From positions 807 through 64,806 of the forward strand of contig JAIRPN010000018.1 in assembly GCA_031256975.1 (NCBI GenBank): DNA of 64,000 nucleotides, read 5' to 3'. Position numbers and translations under genes: made by a program. A model generated the notes under the pieces. The model did not search any database. It saw only the letters and a program-made list of their open reading frames with translations, and was not told where the DNA came from. The DNA comes from Verrucomicrobiales bacterium (GTDB taxonomy: Bacteria > Verrucomicrobiota > Verrucomicrobiia > Methylacidiphilales > JAAUTS01). Positions 19,713 through 28,239 of this stretch are shown here, in pieces (positions within the stretch are counted from its first letter, which is position 1; each line of letters begins with the position of its first letter).

Positions 19713-20990
19713 ATGTCACGTAAAAAGCACATTGTTGTATTAGGAGGCGGTTTTGGCGGGTTGAAATTTTGCCGGTCGATCGATTGCGAGGACGCGAAGA
19801 TCACCCTGGTTGACCGCCAGAACCATCACCTGTTCCAGCCACTGTTGTATCAGGTGGCGACCGCGGGTTTGTCCATGCCGGAAATCGCGCAACCGATCCG
19901 GCACATTGTGGTCGATAATGAAAACATCCAGGTCATCATGGACGAGGTGGTGGACATCAGGTTGTCCGAGAAACAGGTGCTGCTGGGCAGCCGCACGCTG
20001 GAATATGATTATCTGGTGATTGCGCTGGGCGCGGTGACGGGTTATTTCGGCAACGACCACTGGTCGAAGTACACACTCGGCTTGAAGTCGCTGGATGAGG
20101 CCTCGCAGATCCGCCGCCAGGTGTTGCTGGCCTTTGAGAAGGCGGAAAATTCGACCAGCACCGAGGAGTGCCGCCGCTTGATGACCATCGTGGTGATCGG
20201 TGGCGGCCCGACCGGCGTGGAAATGGCCGGCGCGCTGGCGGAATTGACGCAGCATGTGTTGAAGGAGGATTTTCGCAACATCAACCCGGAACAAACCCGT
20301 GTGGTGTTGATCGAGGCGGCGCCGAAGGTGCTCGGCAATTTCCCCGATCCGCTGCCGCAGCGTGCGCTGGAGTCCTTGCAAAAAATCGGCGTGGAAGTGA
20401 GGGTTTCCTCGCCGGTGAAGGATATCACCGAAGGCACCGTGGTGCTGGCGAATGAAACCATCCTGGCGGAAAACATCATCTGGGCCGCCGGTGTGCGCGC
20501 CAACCCGCTGACGCAAAAGCTCGGCGTGGAACTTGATCGCGCGGGCCGCATCAAGGTGTTGCCGGATTGCAGTTTGCCGGGGCATCCGGAAGTGTTTGCG
20601 GTTGGTGATATCACAACGTTGACCGACACCAAGGGCAAGGTGGTTCCCGGTGTTTCTCCAGCGGCAATGCAGGAAGGACGTCACGTGGCGAAATTGATTT
20701 TGAATGAAATCAAAAGTGGTCGGGCAGTGTCGCCCGCCGAGCGCGAGCCGTTCAAGTATTTTGACAAGGGCAGCATGGCAACCATCGGGCGCTCCGCGGC
20801 GGTGGCCGCGGTTTCCGGATTCAAGATGACCGGTTTGTTCGCCTGGCTGGCGTGGTTGTTTGTGCACTTGATCTTCCTGATCGGGCTGCGCAACAAGATT
20901 GCGGTGCTGCTGCAATGGTCGTATTCCTACATTCGCTACAAGCGCGGTGCCCGCATTATCACCGGATTGAACAACAATGCACCCAAATAG
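19713..20990 (+). CDS. ndh: type II NADH:quinone oxidoreductase (NDH-2 family FAD/NAD(P)-binding protein)
   Basis: ATG 19713 gives MSRKKHIVVLGGGFGGL. Further motifs are LFQPLLYQVATAGL and a second Rossmann motif, VVIGGGPTGVEMAG. Confidence 0.85.
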   Translation: MSRKKHIVVLGGGFGGLKFCRSIDCEDAKITLVDRQNHHLFQPLLYQVATAGLSMPEIAQPIRHIVVDNENIQVIMDEVVDIRLSEKQVLLGSRTLEYDYLVIALGAVTGYFGNDHWSKYTLGLKSLDEASQIRRQVLLAFEKAENSTSTEECRRLMTIVVIGGGPTGVEMAGALAELTQHVLKEDFRNINPEQTRVVLIEAAPKVLGNFPDPLPQRALESLQKIGVEVRVSSPVKDITEGTVVLANETILAENIIWAAGVRANPLTQKLGVELDRAGRIKVLPDCSLPGHPEVFAVGDITTLTDTKGKVVPGVSPAAMQEGRHVAKLILNEIKSGRAVSPAEREPFKYFDKGSMATIGRSAAVAAVSGFKMTGLFAWLAWLFVHLIFLIGLRNKIAVLLQWSYSYIRYKRGARIITGLNNNAPK

Positions 20991-21054
20991 TCGAGCAAGG
21001 CAATAGCGCTAATTTTTGTGGAATTATTCCGCGGATTTGGCTAAAACTGGGGGC

Positions 21055-21609
21055 ATGTGGAAGCTGATTAAAACCCTCGTAATCGCCGCCATATTGATTG
21101 GTATCGGTTGCTTTGTCTTCGCCAAGTTCACCCAACGTTTGCCCATTGACGCGCCGCCTGACGACAAGTTGAAGGACTTGCTGTTCACCATGTTCGGCAG
21201 CGCGTTCCTGGTGGCGGGCGCGGCGGTGCTGCTGTGGCCGCTGGCCGGTATCATCAGCTATTATTTCGAATCGCTGTTCTGGGCCAAGGGCAGCGCGGCT
21301 GATGCGCCGCCGATGTACAAACTGGCGGCCTGGCTGGCGGAGCAGGGGCGCTACGGCGAATCGCTGGCGGAATACCAGAAAATCACCAAGCGCGACAGGA
21401 AGGCGACGATTGCCTACGAGGGCCAGCTTTATGTGATGATTTACGCCATGGGCATGGGCGACACGCCCGCGGTGAAAAAATTGCTGCAGACCGCGCAAAA
21501 GAGGGTCAAAGAGGAGGATTTGCCGCACCTGAACTGGTTTTATGAGCAGTTGCTGGCGGGCAATCCCGAGGTTTGCACCCATCCGCCGAAGGTGGACGAA
21601 TACGCCTGA
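21055..21609 (+). CDS. hypothetical membrane protein
   Basis: The internal ATG gives MWKLIKTLVIAAILIGIGCFVFA. There are two TM helices and a helical soluble C-terminus. Confidence 0.5.
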   Translation: MWKLIKTLVIAAILIGIGCFVFAKFTQRLPIDAPPDDKLKDLLFTMFGSAFLVAGAAVLLWPLAGIISYYFESLFWAKGSAADAPPMYKLAAWLAEQGRYGESLAEYQKITKRDRKATIAYEGQLYVMIYAMGMGDTPAVKKLLQTAQKRVKEEDLPHLNWFYEQLLAGNPEVCTHPPKVDEYA

Positions 21610-21655
21610 CGCTAACGGTGAAATCCCGGTTTCGTGATTAGCGGACGATTTTTCA
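21610..21655 (+). terminator. terminator-like hairpin built from an inverted pair of the CGCTAA/TTAGCG motif
   Basis: CGCTAAcggtgaaatcccggtttcgtgaTTAGCG (21610..21643) is followed by gacgattttt. It begins right after the stop codon at 21607..21609. Confidence 0.45.
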
Positions 21656-21691
21656 TTTTGCACTTTTTGTGCCGGGCCTTAGTCTTTCCCG

Positions 21692-22915
21692 ATGCGTATC
21701 CGTTCCTTTCAGGGGCTGCGTCCCCAACCCGAGCAGGCCGCCCAGGTGGCCTGCGTTCCCTATGATGTGATCAACAGCCAGGAAGCCGCCAAGCTCGCCG
21801 AGGGCAACCCGGTCAGCCTGTTGCATGTGATCCGTCCGGAAATTGACCTGCCCGAAGGCATTGACCTGCATTCCGAGCCGGTCTACGCCAAGGCGGTGGA
21901 GAATTTCAAGGCCTTTCAGGCCAGGGGCATCCTGAATCGTGAAACCGAACCCTGCATTTTCTTGTACAAACTGCGCATGGGCAGTCACGAGCAGATCGGT
22001 ATCACCGCGGTGTTCCACACCGACGATTACAACAACGACATCATCAAGAAACACGAAAAAACCCGCAAGGACAAGGAAGACGACCGCACCCGCATCACCC
22101 ATGATTTGAGCGCCAATCCCGAGCCGGTGTTTTTGACCTACAAGGATTCGCCGGAAATCGACACGCTGGTCAGTGCTGTGGTGAAGGGAAAACCGCTTTA
22201 TGATTTCACCGCGCCCGATGGCATCCAGCACACGGTCTGGCGCGTCAACGCCGCTAACAGCGAGGCTTACATCAAGGCTTTTGCCAAGGTGCCGTTTGGT
22301 TACGTTGCCGACGGTCATCACCGCAGCGCCAGCGCCGCGCGCGTCGGACTTGAACGCAAGGCCGCTAATAGCCAACATACCGGCAACGAAGATTACAACT
22401 GGTTCCTTGCCACCATTTTCCCGGCCTCGCAATTGCAGGTGCTGCCCTACAACCGCGTGGTGTTTGATTTGAACGGCCTGACCGAGGAACAATTGCTGGC
22501 GAAGGTTCGCACCATTTTTACCGTTACCGAGGGCGCCAATGACAAGCCCGTTGCACCGACACATGTGAACATGTATCTGGGCGGCAAATGGTACGGCTTG
22601 CATTGGGAAACCGACCCGAAGGCCGATCCGGTTTCCAAGCTCGACGTTAGCGTCCTGCAGGAACGGCTGCTGGCGCCGGTGCTGGGCATCGACGACCCGC
22701 GCACCAGCAAGCGCGTCGACTTTGTCGGAGGCATCCGTGGCACTGGCGAATTGGTCAAGCGCGTCAATAGCGGCGAGGCCGCGGTGGCGTTCTCGATGTA
22801 TCCGGTGACCGTGCAACAGTTGATGGACATTGCCGACGCGGGCCAGATCATGCCGCCGAAGAGCACCTGGTTCGAGCCGAAGCTGCGCTCCGGGCTGTTT
22901 GTACATACTTTTTGA
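21692..22915 (+). CDS. DUF1015 family protein
   Basis: The N-terminus MRIRSFQGLRPQPEQAAQVACVPYDVI plus ..VADGHHRSASA.. is characteristic of DUF1015. Confidence 0.8.
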   Translation: MRIRSFQGLRPQPEQAAQVACVPYDVINSQEAAKLAEGNPVSLLHVIRPEIDLPEGIDLHSEPVYAKAVENFKAFQARGILNRETEPCIFLYKLRMGSHEQIGITAVFHTDDYNNDIIKKHEKTRKDKEDDRTRITHDLSANPEPVFLTYKDSPEIDTLVSAVVKGKPLYDFTAPDGIQHTVWRVNAANSEAYIKAFAKVPFGYVADGHHRSASAARVGLERKAANSQHTGNEDYNWFLATIFPASQLQVLPYNRVVFDLNGLTEEQLLAKVRTIFTVTEGANDKPVAPTHVNMYLGGKWYGLHWETDPKADPVSKLDVSVLQERLLAPVLGIDDPRTSKRVDFVGGIRGTGELVKRVNSGEAAVAFSMYPVTVQQLMDIADAGQIMPPKSTWFEPKLRSGLFVHTF

Positions 22916-22945
22916 AAAAGGCGCGAATTGCGCTAAGATGAAGGC

Positions 22946-23431
22946 ATGAGCAAAAATTTTGCGCGGTGGACGTGTGGTGTCGCAACAGTCCTGTTACTGA
23001 ATTCCCCCCTGCTGGCGGGTACGGCTGATTTTCCGCAGTACGGCTTTCAGATCGATACCCTCGACAGCACGGTGGGTTCCAGTCCGACGCAGGCGGTGAT
23101 GATGTTTCTGCCGGTCAGCGACGGTTTCGCGCCGAACGTGAACGTGCAAATCCAGCCGTTCAGCGGTTCATTGAAGGATTATGCCGCGCTGTCGAAAAAA
23201 CAGTTCGACGAGATGAAGTTCAAGCTTGTCAGCGAGCAGCAAAAGAGCGACAGCGAATGGGTGGTTGAATACAGCGGCGCGATGCAAAGCCTGCAATTGC
23301 ACTGGTATGCACGCGCGCTTTTGAGCAACCAAAAGGTTTACTTGGTCACCGCCACGGCCCGCGATTCCCAGTGGGCGAAGATTGCGGATCAATTGAAGAA
23401 AAACGTCGAGAGTTTCAAACTCAAGCCATGA
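22946..23431 (+). CDS. hypothetical secreted protein
   Basis: Signal peptide (ATVLLLNSPLLAGTA). I recognise no family. Its stop overlaps the next start (ATGA). Confidence 0.55.
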   Translation: MSKNFARWTCGVATVLLLNSPLLAGTADFPQYGFQIDTLDSTVGSSPTQAVMMFLPVSDGFAPNVNVQIQPFSGSLKDYAALSKKQFDEMKFKLVSEQQKSDSEWVVEYSGAMQSLQLHWYARALLSNQKVYLVTATARDSQWAKIADQLKKNVESFKLKP

Positions 23432-23724
23432 GCAGGATTCGTCTAAGCGAGGAAGAAGTGACGGCACGCCTGCCGGAACTCCACGGTTGGGAGCTCCGGG
23501 ATGGCAAGCTGCACCGCCTGTTCAAATTCAAGAATTTCACCGAGGCTTTTGCCTTCATGACTGCCAGCGCATTGCAGGCGGAGAAGCTCGGCCATCATCC
23601 CGACTGGCGGAATATTTATGCCACGGTTAGCGTCGACCTGTGGACGCACGATGTGAACGGGATTACCGATCTCGATTTCAAGCTGGCGCTAGCGATGAAC
23701 GCGCTGGCGTTAAAATTAAGTTAA
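23428..23724 (+). CDS. phhB: 4a-hydroxytetrahydrobiopterin (pterin-4a-carbinolamine) dehydratase
   Basis: ATG 23428; the sequence ..FKNFTEAFAFMTASALQAEKLGHHPDW.. is the conserved PCD core. Confidence 0.85.
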   Translation: MSRIRLSEEEVTARLPELHGWELRDGKLHRLFKFKNFTEAFAFMTASALQAEKLGHHPDWRNIYATVSVDLWTHDVNGITDLDFKLALAMNALALKLS

Positions 23725-24765
23725 CGCCGCAGTCCTTTCGCGCAGGGATTTGATTTGCGCGTTGGTTTCCTTGAATTGTGCGCCGTCGAATTTTTCCGGG
23801 ATGCGCACCAGTTTCCGTTTGATGTTGGCCAGTGCGGTCAATGCCGGTTGCAATTCTGCGGCGGACATGGCGTTTAGCGTGTCGCAGGCGATTTCGGCGC
23901 AGGCGGGATTGTGGCAGAACATGACCATGTGTTCACCGGCGCCAAGGGCCAGTTGCGTGGCTTTCTTCGCGCCGTAGCGGATGGCAATGGCGCCCATTTC
24001 CAGGTCGTCGGTCATGATGAGCCCTTGGTAACCCAGTTCGCCAATGAGGAAATCACCGACGATTTTTTTCGAGAGCGACGCGGGGAAGGGTTCGGCATGC
24101 CAGGCGGGGAAGTGGGCGTGGCCGATCATGAAGGAATCGGCGCTAACGAGGAAGTGACGGAAGGCTGACATTTCCCCGGCGTTGATTTGTTCCAGACTGC
24201 GGTCAATGCGCGGGAGTTCGCCGTGCGGGTCGAGGCCGCAATGGGTGTAGCCGGGGAAATGCTTGGCGGTGCCGAGCACGCCCTGGGATTTCATGCCGTC
24301 GAGGAAGGCCGAGGCGTTGCGGATGACTTCCTGCGGATTGGTGCCATAGCAGCGTCCGCGCAGGGAATTGTCGGCGTTCTCGTCTGGCGAATAGTCGACG
24401 ACCGGGGCGAGATCGAGGTTGAAACCGAACTGGGCGAGCAGTTTCCCGGTTAGCGTACCATGTTCACGGATGAGATTGATGTCGCCGGCCTGGCGCAACA
24501 TGAGCGCGGATGGTGGTTCCTCGCCGATCAGCTTGAGCCGCGAGACGCGGCCGCCCTCCTGGTCGATGGTGATGATGGGGGTGATGTCGCTCAGCTGGTA
24601 CAACTCGGTGACCAGGTCGAAGAGTTGCTGCGGGGATTCGATGTTGCGGCCGAACAGGATGAAGCCGCCGGGCTGGATTTTGCGGATCAGGGAGCGCAGT
24701 CCCGCGGTCAGCGTCGGTCCGGGAACGCCCATCAGGATGGGCTGGCCATTGGCGTTGGTGGTCAT
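23716..24765 (-). CDS. nagZ: beta-N-acetylhexosaminidase (glycoside hydrolase family 3, NagZ-like)
   Basis: GFILFGRNI, IITIDQEGGRVSRL and KHFPGYTHCGLDPH are present. ATG 24765 is chosen within ORF 23716..24777, which opens with TTG. Confidence 0.85.
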   Translation of the reverse strand: MTTNANGQPILMGVPGPTLTAGLRSLIRKIQPGGFILFGRNIESPQQLFDLVTELYQLSDITPIITIDQEGGRVSRLKLIGEEPPSALMLRQAGDINLIREHGTLTGKLLAQFGFNLDLAPVVDYSPDENADNSLRGRCYGTNPQEVIRNASAFLDGMKSQGVLGTAKHFPGYTHCGLDPHGELPRIDRSLEQINAGEMSAFRHFLVSADSFMIGHAHFPAWHAEPFPASLSKKIVGDFLIGELGYQGLIMTDDLEMGAIAIRYGAKKATQLALGAGEHMVMFCHNPACAEIACDTLNAMSAAELQPALTALANIKRKLVRIPEKFDGAQFKETNAQIKSLRERTAALT

Positions 24766-24833
24766 GTCGGCGGTCAAGGGTAAGGGAATTTACTCGCTTT
24801 ACAAGCCTCCCGAAAGCGATAGATAATTAACCG

Positions 24834-25193
24834 ATGTTTCAGATTATTTTTACCCCGATCAGTTCGGCGGAAATGAGCGCGTTGCCCAAGGTGCTGCAAC
24901 TGGAAATCCTCAGCGAGTTCCAGGTGCTGACGCCGGATTTTGTGAAAGATAATCCTGAAAAATTCGGCGAAGTGCGCGAGGGGAAGCGCGTGTTGTACCG
25001 TTACCGTACCAGGGATTACCGGATTTATTTTGAAAAAACGGACGAAGGACTGACCATCCAGCGCGTGTTGCACAAGAATTCGCTGAAGGACTTCCTGTTC
25101 CGTTCCAAGCTGCCGGTTTCCGAGGATGAGGAATTGCAAAGCAACCCGGCGTTTTGGGCATTGATCGATTCGTCGAAAAAGAAGTCGGATTAA
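24834..25193 (+). CDS. RelE/ParE-fold toxin-like small protein with C-terminal tail (weak call)
   Basis: The core GKRVLYRYRTRDYRIYFEKTDEGLTIQRVLHK resembles the RelE/ParE beta-sheet signature. There is no adjacent antitoxin-like ORF. Confidence 0.35.
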   Translation: MFQIIFTPISSAEMSALPKVLQLEILSEFQVLTPDFVKDNPEKFGEVREGKRVLYRYRTRDYRIYFEKTDEGLTIQRVLHKNSLKDFLFRSKLPVSEDEELQSNPAFWALIDSSKKKSD

Positions 25194-25209
25194 AAACCGG
25201 ACTCGCTTT

Positions 25210-26175
25210 TTGAAATTAACCCTTCCTCCCAAACTCCAAAAATTCGCCGAACGGCTGCTGGAGGTTGACCTTTCTGACAAGGTGGCAATTACCCCCCGCA
25301 CCTGGCTGATCTGGGGCGGTTCGATTCTCGGGCATGTGATCTTGATCGCGGTGTTGTGCCGCATGGTGGTGTTTTCCGGCGTGCATCTCGGGGGGATTCG
25401 CGGACTGGATTTGGTGAATGCCAGTTTCCAGCCCTATGAGGGCAGTTTCGGCGTGGAGAACAACGGCGGCCAGAAATTGTATCATGTGTCGACCCGGATG
25501 GAGCAGAGTTCGTCATTGGCGGGCAACACGGCGCTAATCACCGCGTCATCGGCCGCCGGCGAGCATGCGGGCAATGTGCCGGAGCGCCCGCGCGGGCCGC
25601 AGTCCAGGGCGACCACCAGCAAGCCGGTCGTGGGCAAGAATTCGTTTTTCGGCCTGCGCGCCGAGGGAAAGGTGATTGTCTTCATCATCGACGTGTCCGG
25701 CAGCATGTATGAAAAAACCGGCACCGCCACACGGATGGCGCGGGTGTTTCACGAACTGGAGCAGACGGTTTGGTCGCTGGCCCCGGACCAGAAATTCAAT
25801 ATCGTGCTGTTTGCCACCAGGGCCGTGCCGCTGGCTTCCACGCCGATCAATGCCACCGAGGACAACAAGCAACGGGCCAGCGACTGGCTGAACAGCGACG
25901 TGGATTGCGGCGGCACCACCAACATGGGCGAGGGATTGGCGCTGGCGCTGGCGATGAAACCGGAGATGATTTTGTTGCTGACCGACGGCGAGGCCGACAG
26001 CGGCCCGGAATCAATCAAGTCGCAGGCGGATTTGCTGCGTAAAAAATTCTGTCCGGCGGTCAGGATTTGTTCGGTCGGATTTTATCTGGAGGCCAACAGC
26101 GTGCCGGAGCAATTATTGCGCGACTTGAGCGGCGGCACCAACGGTGAATACCTGCGCTTGAGAAAAAACAATTGA
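25210..26175 (+). CDS. membrane-anchored von Willebrand factor A (VWA) domain protein
   Basis: TTG start. One TM helix is present. MIDAS motif VFIIDVSGSM (DxSxS), then ..GGTTNMGEGL.. and LLLTDGEAD. It is a paralogue of 56292..57326. Confidence 0.75.
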   Translation: MKLTLPPKLQKFAERLLEVDLSDKVAITPRTWLIWGGSILGHVILIAVLCRMVVFSGVHLGGIRGLDLVNASFQPYEGSFGVENNGGQKLYHVSTRMEQSSSLAGNTALITASSAAGEHAGNVPERPRGPQSRATTSKPVVGKNSFFGLRAEGKVIVFIIDVSGSMYEKTGTATRMARVFHELEQTVWSLAPDQKFNIVLFATRAVPLASTPINATEDNKQRASDWLNSDVDCGGTTNMGEGLALALAMKPEMILLLTDGEADSGPESIKSQADLLRKKFCPAVRICSVGFYLEANSVPEQLLRDLSGGTNGEYLRLRKNN

Positions 26176-26214
26176 AGCCGCTAATGACGAAATCGCCGGA
26201 TGGCGGTTGGCGGC

Positions 26215-27087
26215 TTATTTCTTGCCGAACATTTTGCTGAAAATGCTCTGGCTGGAGGTCTTGGTTTTGTTTTCCTGCACCAGGTTTTTCCAGGAAATCG
26301 GCTTGGTCAGTTTTTCCGTGGTGCGGCGCAAAATTTTCGGGTCGATGCGGTCGGTGTGCTGGGTGGTGGTGACCCCGGAAACGGGTGGCGCCGCGTGGAC
26401 GGCTTTGGGCGGTTCGCTGATCTTGCGCTGCAGTTTCAGCTGCATGTTGAGCGATACGGAGCCGATCAGGAACTTGTCGCCGGGTTGCAATAACTGGTTG
26501 CTGATGAGCTGGCCGTTGATCGAGGTGCCGTTGGTCGAGCCGAGGTCGATGACGCGGATGCAATGTTCGTCGTGGATGATCCGGCAATGATGCCCGGATA
26601 CCGAGCCGTCCGGCAGGATCACATCGCAGTCGTCCTTGCGGCCCACCAGGGTGTCGGTTTTTTTCAGGACAAATTCGAAATTCTTGAAACTGGTGTTCTC
26701 GACGGTGAAGGTGATGTCGTACTGGCTTAAATTGATCAGCTTGATGCCGGAGGTCTGGCGCTTGTTGCCAAACATGCTGACGAGGGTTTCCCTGTCGAGC
26801 TGCTTGTTATCCTCGAGCTGGCCGAACTGGAACAGGAGTTCGTCGATGGTGATATTGTGCTCCGCTTTCGGGGCCACCACCTTGGGTTCCCAACGAACGG
26901 CCGCATTCTGGTCGCTCAGGCTGAGGAACAGGGCCAGCAAACCATGGTGTTCGCCGCTTTCGGCGTAGACAAAATTACCATCCAGCAGGTAGATGCGGGC
27001 GGAAGTTCCATCGGTGCATTCTACGACCAGCCGGCCGGTGTTGCCCGACTGGCTGTGAAATTGCAAATAGTCTGGTAACTGAGACAC
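26215..27087 (-). CDS. DUF4388 (PATAN-like) plus FHA domain protein
   Basis: The N-terminus RLVVECTDGTSARIYLLDGNFVYAE..GLLALF is DUF4388-like. The FHA core is TLVGRKDDCDVILPDGSVSGHHCRI..IDLGSTNGTSINGQ. Confidence 0.8.
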   Translation of the reverse strand: MSQLPDYLQFHSQSGNTGRLVVECTDGTSARIYLLDGNFVYAESGEHHGLLALFLSLSDQNAAVRWEPKVVAPKAEHNITIDELLFQFGQLEDNKQLDRETLVSMFGNKRQTSGIKLINLSQYDITFTVENTSFKNFEFVLKKTDTLVGRKDDCDVILPDGSVSGHHCRIIHDEHCIRVIDLGSTNGTSINGQLISNQLLQPGDKFLIGSVSLNMQLKLQRKISEPPKAVHAAPPVSGVTTTQHTDRIDPKILRRTTEKLTKPISWKNLVQENKTKTSSQSIFSKMFGKK

Positions 27088-27437
27088 GTCTTTCCCCCCA
27101 AATCAAAACTCAAGGTAATAAATAAAGAGCATTTTGCCAGCGGAGCAAAGAGCAATCTTCATTTTTTTCATGTTCATCGTGAATAACCATGCGAGTTTGT
27201 TGGAAGTCAAAAGCACGCATTATCTAATGTATAGAATAAAACACGAAATTAAGAATTTTTTTTTATCCTTTGCCGCGCGCGATAAAGTTTTGTTTTGCGC
27301 CTATACTTGTGTTAATAATCCAAGAGCGACAAACGCTAATCGCGACAATGATTAAGTGCGGTAAAAAATTAAGAAATCTGACGCTGCTGCTATGCCTGGT
27401 GCTTGGCGGCTGCGGCTCGTCTGACAAAGGTGGAAAC

Positions 27438-28220
27438 ATGATTGCGCTGGTGACCGATTTCAGTTCGCAGGATCCCTATGTGGCGCAGATGAAGGGGGCG
27501 ATTCTTACCATCAACCCCGATGCCCGGATTATCGACATCAATCATGAGCTGCGCAATTTTGATTTGTGGCAGGCAAGTTACTTTTTGGCGAAGGCCGCGC
27601 GCTATTATCCCGCCGGCACGATTTTTGTGGTGGTCGATCCGGGCGTGGGAGGTTCGCGCAAGCCGATCGCGCTGAAGACCAACGACGACAAGATTTTTGT
27701 CGGCCCGGACAACGGCGTGTTCAGCCACGTGATGGACAGTGAGGGAGTGGCGGCGGTGTACGAATTGGACAATCCCAAGTATTATCGCTCGCCGGATGTT
27801 TCAAACACGTTTCACGGACGTGACATTTTCGGGCCGGTGGCGGCATATCTCGCGTCAGGCGTCGACTTGGGGAAAATTGGCTCGTCGACCAAGCAGGTGA
27901 CCAAGCTCAAGATCGACCCCGCCTCGCGGATCGCGCGAAAAATCACCGGTGCCGTGGTGTACATTGACCATTACGGCAACGTGATCACCAATATCAAGCC
28001 GGAGAATTTTGACCAGGACGTCAGCGGGAGGCTGGTAAAGATCACGCTGGGCGGCAAAACCATTTCCGTGCCGGTGGTCAAATCCTACGCCGAGGGGCCG
28101 GCCGACCGCTTATTTGTCTTGTTTAACAGTGATGGAGAATTAGAGTTGTCGCTCAATCAAAAATCGGCAGCCGATTTTTTGAAAACCAAGAACGGCGTGC
28201 CGCTAACGATAGTTTATTAA
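27438..28220 (+). CDS. S-adenosyl-L-methionine hydroxide adenosyltransferase family protein (DUF62)
   Basis: MIALVTDFSSQDPYVAQMKGAIL.., VVVDPGVGGSRKP and FHGRDIFGPVAAYL are present. ATG 27438 is preceded by aaggtgga (SD-like). An in-frame upstream ATG at 27348 would add a lipoprotein-type leader. Confidence 0.8.
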   Translation: MIALVTDFSSQDPYVAQMKGAILTINPDARIIDINHELRNFDLWQASYFLAKAARYYPAGTIFVVVDPGVGGSRKPIALKTNDDKIFVGPDNGVFSHVMDSEGVAAVYELDNPKYYRSPDVSNTFHGRDIFGPVAAYLASGVDLGKIGSSTKQVTKLKIDPASRIARKITGAVVYIDHYGNVITNIKPENFDQDVSGRLVKITLGGKTISVPVVKSYAEGPADRLFVLFNSDGELELSLNQKSAADFLKTKNGVPLTIVY

Positions 28221-28239
28221 TTGAAGGGACAGACGGGGG

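Noticed and set aside
21653-22906. 417-aa minus-strand ORF
   Set aside because: It is a complete antisense shadow of the DUF1015 gene and its composition is low-complexity.
24834-25193. Classical type II toxin-antitoxin pair
   Set aside because: The neighbouring genes are nagZ (divergent) and a 321-aa VWA membrane protein, so no antitoxin-sized partner ORF lies next to it. I kept it only as a weak toxin-fold call.
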